This document shows, piece after piece, positions 9,526 through 19,709 of a stretch of DNA of 20,000 nucleotides (positions are counted from its first letter, which is position 1; each line of letters begins with the position of its first letter). The notes under the pieces are model-generated. The model did no database searches and was not told where the DNA came from. It saw nothing but the letters and a program-made list of their open reading frames with translations. Source of the stretch: Chiloscyllium plagiosum. Its lineage: Eukaryota. The DNA lies in assembly GCF_004010195.1 (NCBI RefSeq), contig NC_057719.1, positions 83,843,270 to 83,863,269 of the forward strand, read 5' to 3'. A program made the translations under genes and the position numbers.

Positions 9526-9990
9526 TTGGTCTCTGGTCTTAATATGCTATGGTGACACCATAGTAATTTTTCAAATTGTTTGAGTTACCAATGGGTAATT
9601 CCCTTGCTCTAAAGGATCTCTCATGAAAGTCTCTAAACTGAACTTGAGTCAGAGACTCCAGGCAGTTCCGTTAGCCAGGGAGTGTTAGACAGACAAAGTC
9701 CAGTCCAGAAATGACATGCCATCCACTCACTCTAACCCTCAGACCATTCCTTCTTCCACCCCAAACATCCATCTCGACCACCTAATTATACCACTGACCA
9801 CGTGACTAACCCCAGAATAGAGTCGGCCTAGCTTCTGACCTGACTACCCTTCCTGACCTCACCCAACCCATCCAGCATTCTGACCCTAATCCATTTCACC
9901 CATCTGTCAACTCACTGTCTTCCCACTTGCCCACATGCCCACATGCCATCCTACCACATTAACCTATTAATCAATTATCGGTGCACCCAT

Positions 9991-10228
9991 TAGAAATCAG
10001 AATCCCTGCAGTGTGGAAACAGGCCCTTCGGCCCAACAAGTCCATGCCGACCCTCCGAAGAGTAACCCAACCTGACCTAATCCCCTACCCTATTATCCTA
10101 TATTTACTCCTGACGAACGCACCTAACCTACACATCCCTGAACACTATGGGTAATTTAGCACGGCCAATCCACCCTAACCTACACATCCCTGAACACTAT
10201 GGGCAATTTAGCGTGGCCAATTCACCTA
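9991..10228 (-). mobile_element. HE1 SINE 3' half with 52-bp tandem duplication
   Basis: gaatccctgcagtgtggaaacaggcccttcggcccaac tail. The unit cctaacctacacatccctgaacactatggg.aatttagc..ggccaat starts at 10122 and 10174. Confidence 0.9.
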
Positions 10229-10722
10229 CATTTATCCATTCACTTAATGACAAAAGTGCACGCTGGATAACTGAACTTAGCATATGCAGGTAGTAATGTG
10301 AAAAAGAAAACAGGATCTTGCACCAATAGAATTACCTGTTGGATGCAGTGCTCCACATTTCTAGAAAAGGCAGGGTCAGCTGATGTAGCAAAAAATCAGC
10401 GTCGAGGCGTATGTAAGTGCAAGTCAGACAGCAATCCAACGATGATTGCTGCTTCTTGGAAAACTCTGACAATTGTAAGAGCTTTTACAAGTATATTAAA
10501 AGAAAGATAGTAACTAGCGGAGTAGACTCGGTGAGCTGAGTGGCCTATTTTTACTCCCATGTTTTATGGTTTAAAGGAAACATTAGTCCCAGTAGAAGTA
10601 GAAACAAAAGGAATGATCATGAGAAATTAGAAAACAGTAGACAGTATAAAACAAAATATTAGGGACCAGATTTTCACACAGAGTCAGAACAATATTGGTA
10701 ATCTTTAAAAAAAAAGAAAGCA

Positions 10723-11396
10723 CATAGGAACCTTGATTATCTGAATATCAATTATCCAAATTTCGGATTATCCGAAGAGCATCTCAAGGTCCCGATAGAA
10801 ACATTACGTCAAAGGGCTGTTTCAACCCTGATCGCATCTTACGTTTACAGGTACAATGACTAAAAATGAACTTGGCTCACTGAAATGCTGCCGAAAACAG
10901 TCCTTGAAAGTCCAGGCACTGTCTCTAAATGACCAATCTCCCGCCCTCCCTCTCTCTCCCCCAACACTTTCCCTGGAGTTCTACACAGGGGTGAACCCTA
11001 ACCACCCCCTCCACCTTACCCAGATTATCTCTCCAACACTGTCCTGTACAGGGCAGAGGTGGAACCTGTCAAAACGTTGCAGTAAAAAGCTGTGCGCGTG
11101 TGTGTGCGCTATTTGGAGACTTACCCCACAAAGGCAGCAAGAGTCTGACTGTTGGTGTACAGTCCGGCTACCCTGGGGTAGGGGGGACGGATGGTTTGGG
11201 GGGGTTGGCGGGGTTTAGGGGTGAACGGGGTTTGGGGGCAGGGGTTCGCACACGGTGTGTTGCTGCCTAGACTCCTGAAAGGGGAGCAGAGTTCACAGAA
11301 AACTCCGAGACCAAGAGGAAATCAATTAACCGAATAATCAATTATCCGAGCGAAATAGCGCCCGCCCATCTTGTGCGGATAATCGAGGTTCCTCTG
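10723..11396. mobile_element. Non-autonomous Tc1/mariner (Tigger/pogo-like) DNA transposon
   Basis: TIRs CATAGGAACCTTGATTATCTG / reverse complement CAGAGGAACCTCGATTATCCG, with repeated subterminal ATTATCCGAA-like motifs at both ends. No transposase ORF; the expected TA TSD is mutated (CA/TC). Confidence 0.8.
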
Positions 11397-12489
11397 TCTT
11401 TAGATATTCTTTCCGCCAGTACGGAAAGGTGGGAGCATAAAAATCACACTGCTGAGAAACTTGAACTTCGCAGGGTCTTTAGAAAACACCACCAAGTTTT
11501 AAAAGACCGTATCTTTGCTATTCCAAGGCCCTAGATCTGCAGTGTGAGAGTCATCAACTCTCCTGAAGCACAGATAACATCTGATTAAATATCATATTCT
11601 GATGTTATTTAAATCCTCATCCTTTCAAAAACGAAAGGAAAAAGGCTGCTGCATTCAGAGTCAAAAGGGAAAACACATGCTGGGAAACTTCTATGACCTA
11701 CAGGCTATCTGGTACAACCCAGGAAAGACTATTACTATTTTTTCCTATAATTCCAACTTAGCTCAATGCAATAATTTCATACGAGCTGTTATTATGGCTA
11801 AGCTCTTAGGAATGCTTCGTTGAATTTCAAAAGGTTGAAAAACACTTGGTGATGGAGTGCTGAGTTGTCATTTTGATTGACAGTTTTAAGGTGATATGAA
11901 AGGATTCACTGTCTTTAATGTGCTCACTGGGTTTAAGTTTGTTTTTATAACGGGTTGTCCATTTGAGGGGATTTAAAATGAGAGTTTGGTGTTTACTCAG
12001 TATCAAGTGTGAGTGAGTGAGCGCACTGTTAAATTGTTAGACATTTCTGTCAGTCTCCACATGGCTCCTTAAGTCTGCCTATAGTGGATATAGGATGAGT
12101 AGCTAGTGAGGACAGGATTTGGAGGGGGAAAGCAAGGAAGTGTGAACAGTGCAGATTAGTGGGCCTAACAATGTTTTAAACAACAGGAGCAAAGTTTAAG
12201 GGCACTAGTGAGGCCTTCTAAACAATGTGTATTGGCTTTTGGCTTGCCCCATGGTCCCTCCAGTGTGCTTCTGGGATTGGCAGGAAGAACGCAGTTCTGC
12301 TCCCAACTGCAGAATGAAAACTAGTTGTGTCAGGGCCCTTTATGTTGGTTAAGTGCTTGTCTCCCGATTTAGAAAATTCCCCGATTCAAACTATGTAACT
12401 CAATGGCAAAAATCTGACTCTTTATACCTGCCTTCGCAGGAGGAACTACAAGCTGCACACCAGAACTACAGAATAACTTCAATGCCAGT

Positions 12490-13525
12490 AAGAGTCAGGA
12501 AAATAAAGAAATTACCAGAAAAAGTAGTAGTCAAGAAGCTTAAGGGACTAAAATCTGGCATTACACCAGGGTCTGACAGCCTGCATCCTTTGATTGTAGA
12601 AGAATCAGTTGCACAGATAATATATGTGCTGATTTTTCAAAACTTCCTGCGCTCTGGAACAGTCCCAGCAAATTGAAAGTTAGCAAATGTAACACGGCGA
12701 TTCAAGAAAGGAGGAAAAGACAAAGCAAGGAAGTACAAGCTCAGTCAGCTTCACATCCGCAATGCTCCCTCTAAACTGCACGGTCACAAGGCTGCTCACT
12801 CTGAGGGTCTGCACATGTTGAACGGCGTGTTAACGCCATTCTCTGTATTGACGTTTCAGAAGTTTCAGTGTCAGAAGTCACTGCCGTGCATGGAACCCAG
12901 AGGTCCACAAAGGAGAGAAAAGAATTCAAGTGAATGCAGGATGGGAAAGTAGTAGAAACACTATTAAAGAAGTTGTAACAACACACTTTGAAAATGACAG
13001 CACGATCAGGCAAAGTCAACATGGGAAATTACATTTGACAGATTTATTCAAAATTTTTAACAATTTCAAAGTATTGTAGGTAAAAGAGTGTATTGCAGTA
13101 GATTTCCAAAAGGCATCAATAAGATATCACACAAGATAATGAAAAGGAGGAAAATATATCAGAATTAATGCAGGATTTGTGAACAGACAAAAAAAAGAGT
13201 AGGGATAAATTTTCAAGTTGGCAGGCTGTGTTGGAAACTTAACTTTTTACAGTATACATTAATAACCTGGATGAAGTGATAAGGAATATTGTACCTGTTT
13301 TGGTGATGATAACAAAGCTGGGTGGGAGTGCATACTGTGACAAGGTCACAAAGAACCCGGAGACAAGGTGGGAGATGGAGGATGAATGTGAGGGAGTGTT
13401 AGCTTCTTCATTTGTGTTGTAGGAACAGAAAAGCAGGTGTGAAACTTGCAAACGTTGAAGTTCAGAATGAGTTGGGTGTATCTGTACAAACAAAGTCAGC
13501 ATGCAGCTGCAGCAAGCAATACATC
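12490..13525 (+). mobile_element. Old CR1 LINE RT region, decayed
   Basis: LKGLKSGITPGSDSLHP, IFQNFLRSGTVPAN*KLANVT..FKKG, VDFQKA and FTVYINNLD motifs. Confidence 0.85.
12760..12940. mobile_element. Short hAT-like MITE inserted in the CR1 RT
   Basis: Begins CAATGCTCCCTCTAA (CAATGTTCCCTCTAA-type TIR) and the CR1 sequence resumes at about 12941. The right TIR is degenerate. Confidence 0.5.
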
Positions 13526-13526
13526 T

Positions 13527-13785
13527 GAACACACGAATTAGGAGCAGAAGCAGACCACTCAGCCCCCAACCCTGTTCCATCAAACAATAAGATCTGATCT
13601 GATATAATTACTCCACATTCCTGACTGCCCCTGATAACTTTTCGCCCTCTTTCGTATCAAGTAGTTATTTACGTCTGCCTTAAAAATATTCAAGGAATCT
13701 GCTTCTGTCATATTTTGAGGAAAGAGCTCCAAAGACCATCTGTGAGGAGAGAAAAAAAAAAGTTGTCATCACTGCCTTAAAATGC
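13527..13785 (-). mobile_element. CR1 LINE 3' tail fragment
   Basis: aattaggagcagaagcagaccactcagccc...tctgccttaaaaatattcaagga is the reverse complement of the shark CR1 terminus. Confidence 0.75.
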
Positions 13786-14032
13786 AAGATGCTAACCACT
13801 GAGCTACCATGCCGCAGACTACATGGATCAGTTAGCAGCTGTACCACTGAGAAGTAGGAAGCTTTATATACATAAGTTTCAGGGATGTGGTCACACTAAA
13901 AGTTCAGCCAGATAGATGGGTGACCCCAAGAGGGACAGGCATGCAGTGCAGGAATCCCTGGGGCCATTCTTCTTGCAAACAGAGATACCATTCTGGATAC
14001 TGTTGCAGGGGGAATGGCCTCTCAGGGGAAAG

Positions 14033-14416
14033 GGGGGGAACAACATTTCAGCTCCCCCTTCCACTCAGCCGAGGACATGGAGGTCCTGGGCCTCCTTCAC
14101 CGCCGCTCCCTCACCACCCGACGCCTGGAGGAAGAACACCTCATCTTCCACCTCGGAACACTTCAACCCCAGGGCATCAATGTGGACTTCACCAGTTTCC
14201 TCATTTNNNNNNNNNNNNNNNNNNNNNNNNNNNNNNCCCCCACCCTCCTCTCATTTATCTCTCCACCCTGCAGGCACTCTGCCTCTTTTCCTGGTGAAGG
14301 GCTTTTGCCCGAAACGTCGATTTTCCTGCTCCTCGGATGCTGCCTGAACTGTTGTGCTTTTCCAGCACCACTCTAGTCTAGACTCTGGTTTCCAGCATCT
14401 GCAGCCCTTGTTTTTA
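14033..14416 (+). mobile_element. Penelope-like element 3' end: GIY-YIG endonuclease C-terminus plus pLTR, 15-bp TSD
   Basis: HFSSPFHSAEDMEVLGLLH...RRLEEEHLIFHLGTLQPQGIN. Hammerhead-like CTGGTGA-A-GGGC-TTTT-GCCC-GAAACGTC at 14291. TSD CCTCTCAGGGGAAAG at 14018-14032 and 14417-14431. Confidence 0.92.
14207..14236. other. Assembly gap (30 N)
   Basis: Run of N within the C-rich part of the PLE. Confidence 1.
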
Positions 14417-15335
14417 CCTCTCAGGGGAAAGTAACAGCAGCAGCCAGATCAGTGGCAGCATGATTGGCTGTGTACAGCAGAGAGGGTCGAAGTTCAAGCA
14501 AGCGGACATATTAGGGCACTCTATAGTCAGGGGCACAGATAGTTATTTCGATAGCCATGAACGAGACTCCAGGATGGTGTGTTGTCTCCCTGGTGCCAGG
14601 GTCAAGGATGTTTCTGAGCAGGCACAGGACATTCTGTAGGGGAGGATGACGACACAAATAGAATGTTGAACAGGAGGATCTCCAAGGTTGTAATCTCATG
14701 ATTACTCCCAGTGTCACATGCCGGTGAGGCCAGAAATATGAAAATATACAGTTGAATGTGTGGCTGAAGAGTGGTGTAGAGCTTCAGATACTTGGATCTT
14801 TGGGATCCCTTCCAGGGCAGGAGGGACATGTACAAGAAGGACGTGTTGTACCTAAACTGGAGGGGCACCAATATCCTTGCAAGTAGGTTTGCTACTGCCT
14901 GTTGAGAAGGTTTAAACTAATGTGGCAGGGAGTTTGGAACTTGAGCAGTTGGGTCAGCATGTGGAATGATTGAGAAAGTAGAGGTTAAGTCAAGTACTTC
15001 TGACAGGAAGAACAGACAGGGCCTGTCAGGACGGAAGGTTTGAAGTGTGTTTATTTTAAAGCAAGGAGTATAACAAGGAGGGCAGGTGAACTTAGTTCCA
15101 TGTCCTAATCCAGACTGATATAGCCTTTACAAAAACTTGACTGGGAGCCCAGGGCCTGAGATGGGGCAGAATTTGTTAGGTGCATCCAGGAGGGTTTGTT
15201 GAAATAATATGTAAATAATCCAACGAGGTAAGGGGCCGTACTAGATCACAGGGAATGACACTGGGCAGGTGATCAAAGTTTCAGTAGGGAAGCATTTTAG
15301 GGGAACAGTGATCATAATTCCGTAAGTTTTAAGGC

Positions 15336-15607
15336 AGTGTGTGCAGTTTGCACATTCTCCAGTGTCTGTGTGAGTTTCTTCCGGATATTCCAGTTTCCTC
15401 CTATTGTCCAAAGATGTGCAGATTAGGTGGACCGGCCATGCTAAATTTCCCCATAGTGTCCAGGGAGAGATGGATTAGCCATGGTTAATGAAGGATTAAG
15501 GCGATAAGGTAGGAGAGTGGGTCTGGATGTGATGCGCTTGGGAGGGTTGGTGCAGACTTGATGGGCCATATGGCGTCTGTCTGCATTCTAGGGATTCTAT
15601 GATTCTA
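15336..15607 (+). mobile_element. HE1-family SINE, 5'-truncated
   Basis: gtttgcacattctcc...gtccaaagatgtgcagattagg...gatgggccatatggc...tagggattctatgattct. Confidence 0.85.
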
Positions 15608-15656
15608 AGCATAAGGCTGATCTTTGTGTGAAAGTGCTAAATTGGGAGAAGGTTAA

Positions 15657-15998
15657 TTAGATTAGATTAGATTCCCTACAGTGTGGAAACAGGCTCTTCG
15701 GCCCAACAAGTCCACACCGACCCTCCGAAGAGTAACCCACCCAGACTTATTTCCCTCTGACTAATGCACCTAACACTACAGGCAATTTAGCGTGGCCAAT
15801 TCACCTGATCTGCACGTCTTTGGACTGTGGGAGGAAACCGTAGCACCCAGAGCAAACCCACGCAGACACGGGGAGAATGTGCAAACTTCATACAGACAGT
15901 CGCCCAAGGCAGGAATCGAACCTGGGACCCTGGTGCTGTGAGGCAGCAGTGCTAACCACTGAGGCAGCAGTGCTAACCACTGAGCCACCGTGCCGCCC
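15657..15998 (-). mobile_element. Full-length young HE1 SINE with 21-bp duplication in the tRNA head
   Basis: GGGCGGCACGGTGGCTCAGTGG start, B-box GGTTCGATTCC and (AATCT)n tail. Confidence 0.95.
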
Positions 15999-16765
15999 AT
16001 TAAAACAGAAAATTACATTAGCGTTAGGCAGGAATTGGGAAAATTATATTGGGGGCAGCTGTTTGAGGGTAAATCCACATCCGGCATGTGGGAGTCTTTT
16101 ATAGGCCAATTGATCAGAGTTCAGGACAAGCATGTTCCTGTGAGGATGGGAGATGAGGATGGCAAGATTTGGGAAATCTAGATCAGTAAAGACATTGAAA
16201 GATTAACCAAAAAGTGAAAAGAAACACACGTAGTGTTTAGGCAACTGCAATCAGACAAGGCCCTTCAGGAATATAAAGGAAGCAAAAAATAACTTAAACA
16301 AGGAATGAAGAGGGCAAAAAAGGGGCCATGAAATGTTCTTGGCAAATAGGATTAAGGAGAGTCCTAAGGCTCCTTATATTATCAATGTTTCTCATATCAT
16401 ATTTTATATATCAGGAGCAAGAAGACAGCGAAGGAAAGATTTAGATCCACTCAAGGACAAAAGAATGAATTTATGCATGGAGCTACAGGAAGTGGGTGGG
16501 GGTCTTAATGAGTACTTCACATTGGTATTCACCAAGGAGAAGGTCATGGAGATCAATAAGACGAGGGAGGGGTATGTTGATATTCTAGGACCTGTTGATA
16601 TTATTAAGGTGTTGGTGTTGGATATCTTGAACATTAAGGTAGGTAAGTCCCCAATGTCTGATGGAATCTATCCCTGAGGGAGGTTGAGCAGGAGGCCTTG
16701 GCAGAGGTCTTTGTGTCCCTTTTAGCCTCAGGCAAAAGCCTAGAATACTGGAGAATAGCCAAGGT

Positions 16766-16946
16766 AGAAGTGGGTACTGCAGATGCTAGAGATTAGAGTC
16801 AAGATTAGAGTGGTGCTTGAAAAGTACAGCGGGTCAGGCAGCATCCAAGGAGCAAGAAAATGGAAGGGCTTTTGCCCGAAACTTTGATTTTCCTGCTCCT
16901 TGGATGTTGCCTGATCTGCTGTGCTTTTCTAGCATCACTCTAATCT
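16766..16946. mobile_element. Penelope-like inverted pLTR insertion with perfect 17-bp TSD
   Basis: TSD TGGAGAATAGCCAAGGT at 16749-16765 and 16947-16963. About 60-bp inverted repeat, 16801-16861 vs about 16887-16947. Confidence 0.9.
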
Positions 16947-17594
16947 TGGAGAATAGCCAAGGTTGTTGCTGTATTTATGAGGGCCACAAGGATAATCCAG
17001 GAAATTATTGGCCAATGAGCCTTATGTCAATGGTAGGGAAATTATTGGAGAGGATTCTTAGGGACAGTATTTTGAAAATAATGGACTTACTAGGGATAAT
17101 CAGCTTGACTTTACGCAGGGCAGGTCTTGTAGGTGGTCTGATTAGTAAGTCTGCAGATGACATGAGGATTGGTAAAGTTGTGGATGGTGAGGAAGCTTGT
17201 CAAAGGATGCAGTAGGGTACAGATCAGTTGAAAGGTTGGGCAGAGAAATCGGAGTTGGATTTCACTTGCAGGCAAACCCGCCAGGGTTAATAGTCGCAGT
17301 GGTATTACTGCTGACTTAAAAGCCTCTGTTGGCAGTCAGGCAGAAAAGCCATGCACAACACAAACTTAATCACAGTGCAGGCTGGGCGACCTGCTATTAG
17401 GGAATGCATTAAACTCTACTGTTCGTATCTATATTTAATCGATCATTTTTGATCTCTCAAGGGATATGGAGAGCAATATTCCCCGTAAACTGCGTAGCAT
17501 GCGGGTACGTCATTTTGCATGTATGGGCTTGTTGGCTTCTGCTTTGTGCTGCCATACAGGAATCTTAGAGGTCCGCAACAAGGCACATAAAATA

Positions 17595-17725
17595 AGAGGG
17601 AATGGAGACGAGAGGGTGGGCCTGGAAGCGGAATTGAAGCCAAAGATCAGTCACAATAGCACTGAATGATAGTCACTCGACAAAACGTATGACCTGCTCC
17701 TATTCCTAATTCTTACATTCTTAGG
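17595..17725 (+). mobile_element. CR1 LINE 3' tail fragment
   Basis: ggaattgaagccaaagatcagtcac...tgacctgctcctattcctaattcttacattctta. Confidence 0.6.
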
Positions 17726-18521
17726 ATTGTTAACATCAAGGTCTGGAGCTCTATCTGCCCATTAAGATGGGCAGAAGTCAAAGAACTTTGTCAAAATCAG
17801 ATGTTACAAATTTCCTGAATGAGCAGATACTGTTCTGGATCTCTGTATAACAGCTGCCTGATCTTTATGCAAATGATCTTTCACCTGTCAGTGAATGGAA
17901 TTGAGTTTGAGGCTATTTTGAGAAACATACGTTTAAACTTAATGGGTCTTAATGGTCGCCATCAGCAGAAAGTTGTGGTACGATCCCAAGCAGTGACAAA
18001 CTCGTACACATGCTCATGTGCTTCTGTTCAGCCACCACGGATGCATGTGGGAAACTGTGGGAAGTCCCATGATTGGTGTCTGTACAAACTTCCGACAAGA
18101 AAAACCTAGCGGATGCAAGTGCTGGCCAGTGTTGGCAATTTCAGATATGACTGCAACTTTCCAGTCAGTGATGAATAGACCCATATCAAATACTCCCACA
18201 TGTGGATACAAATGCTGCCATGGTCATTCAGTTAGGCCCAGTACTTTGCAAACTGTCCTCAACCTTCAGCAACCACATCCTTACCACATTTAGCTCTGGT
18301 GTCCCACCGAGTGCTGATACAATTAGCTCTCAAGTTTCTTCAGTTCTCAATGGCTAACCTGACCCAATCTCTGCTACTGACAAATAGAAAGCTGTACTCA
18401 TATTTCCACACAGATCTCTTGAACATCACTTTTTTCTTTAAAAAAGGTGCAGTCTCAACCACAGCAGTCTTTTTTTCTTCAACTAATCGCTTTTAGTTCT
18501 TTGCTGCTTGCTACAAAGGAC

Positions 18522-18800
18522 AGGGCAATGCTGGCTCAAATGTGGAGTGTCCTGCTCAATGAGTAGCTGACCACTGACCGGTAAGGTCCCGGGTTCAATC
18601 TCCAAGCCTCAACTCAGCTGAGTTGCAAGTGATGACAATGTTGTCTTCTCACTGGTTCTAGGCCATGTGTCAGCATGGTAAGTAATGGGCTGAACTGTTC
18701 ACAGTTAGAAGACACCGACTGCCCAAGATACAAATACAATGATGGGTCACCCAAACAATGCTGCACAGTACAGACCGTTGCACGGAAACAACAGCTAGAA
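18522..18800 (+). mobile_element. Possible old tRNA-derived SINE
   Basis: A-box-like TGGCTCAAATGTGG and B-box-like GGTTCAATCTCC; body not recognised. Confidence 0.3.
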
Positions 18801-18817
18801 GAAGATATTGGCTTTTA

Positions 18818-19050
18818 GAGCATAAAAATGTGTTGCTGGAAAAGCGCAGCAGGTCAGGCAGCATCAAAGGAACAGCAGAATCGACGTTTCGGGCATAAGC
18901 CCTTCTTCAGGAATGAGGAGGGTGTGCCAAGCAGGCTAAGGTAAAAGGTAAGGAGGAGGGGCTTGGGGGAGGGGCGTTGGGAATACGATAGGTGGAAGGA
19001 GGTTAAGGTGAGGGTGATAGGCCAGAGAGGGAGTGGGAGGGGCGAGAAAA
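18818..19050 (-). mobile_element. Penelope-like element 3' region with pLTR and intact hammerhead core
   Basis: Minus strand: C/T-rich 3' region, then TCATTC-CTGAAGA-A-GGGC-TTAT-GCCC-GAAA-CGTC-GATTC...gctgcctgacctgctgcgcttttccagcaacac. Confidence 0.88.
18878..18916 (-). ncRNA. Minimal type-I hammerhead ribozyme motif (PLE-associated)
   Basis: CUGAAGA core, extra A, 4-bp stem II, GAAA, palindromic ACGU and GUC cleavage triplet. Confidence 0.7.
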
Positions 19051-19164
19051 CCTACAAGGATGAAAAAAAAAGTAAGCTTCCTGTAATCTCATTGCAATTA
19101 ATACAAAGGATGATCAAAAAATGAAAAGGACAATTTTCACGGTATATATTTGGAAGATTCTGTC

Positions 19165-19709
19165 TTCCATCCCTTCATTGTAAGTCCTCACTTTGTGCAT
19201 CACTACAGTCTCCCAATCATTTGAATGAGGGGATCAAACATAATATTTCTTAATTTACTAACCAGGGGGAGTGAAAAGGTGGATGTATAGAGTGGTGTTG
19301 ACGAGGAGGCTATATAGAGCCTTTACAGCAATTTAAACAAGTTGTGTGATTGAGCAATGGCAGATGCAGTATAGTGTGGATAAGTGTGACATTGTCCATT
19401 TCAGAAGGAGAAACAGAATGGCTGAGGAATATTTAATGGATGACTGACTGAGTAATGTTGATGTATCGAGAGAGCTGGTATCCTTGAAAACCCAGTATGA
19501 GAAACAGCTTTCAGGTGCAGCAGGAAGGCATGTGGTATCCTGGCCTCCATTGCAAGAGGATTTGAGTACAGGAGCAAGCTACTCTTATTGCAGCTGTACA
19601 GGGCCTTGGTGAGACCAAACCTGGAGTATTATGCACAGTTTTAGCACTCTTACACAAGAAAGGTTATACTTGTCACAAAGGGAGTGCAACAAAGTTTCCT
19701 CCGACTGAT
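19165..19709 (+). mobile_element. Old CR1 LINE RT C-terminal fragment
   Basis: WQMQYSVDKCDIVHF and LLQLYRALVRPNLEYYAQF motifs. Confidence 0.85.

Larger units (their letters stand above)
13880..17260 (+). mobile_element. CR1 LINE (ORF1 SGNH esterase, ORF2 APE and RT), deleted and interrupted by four insertions
   Basis: ILGHSIVRGTD...SRMVCCLPGARVKDVSE; YKKDVLYLNWRGTNILA; LKCVYFKARSI; SDHNSVSFK; WGQLFEGKSTSGMWESF; KSPMSDGIYP; DNPGNYWPMSLMSMVGKLLE; ISKSADD. Confidence 0.9.

Noticed and set aside
12060..12425. Possible decayed Harbinger-like MITE ending aaaatctgactc
   Set aside because: No matching second TIR found.
15920..15998. tRNA gene-like A/B boxes (also at 1592, 5388 and about 7000)
   Set aside because: These are HE1 SINE heads followed by SINE bodies, not tRNA genes.
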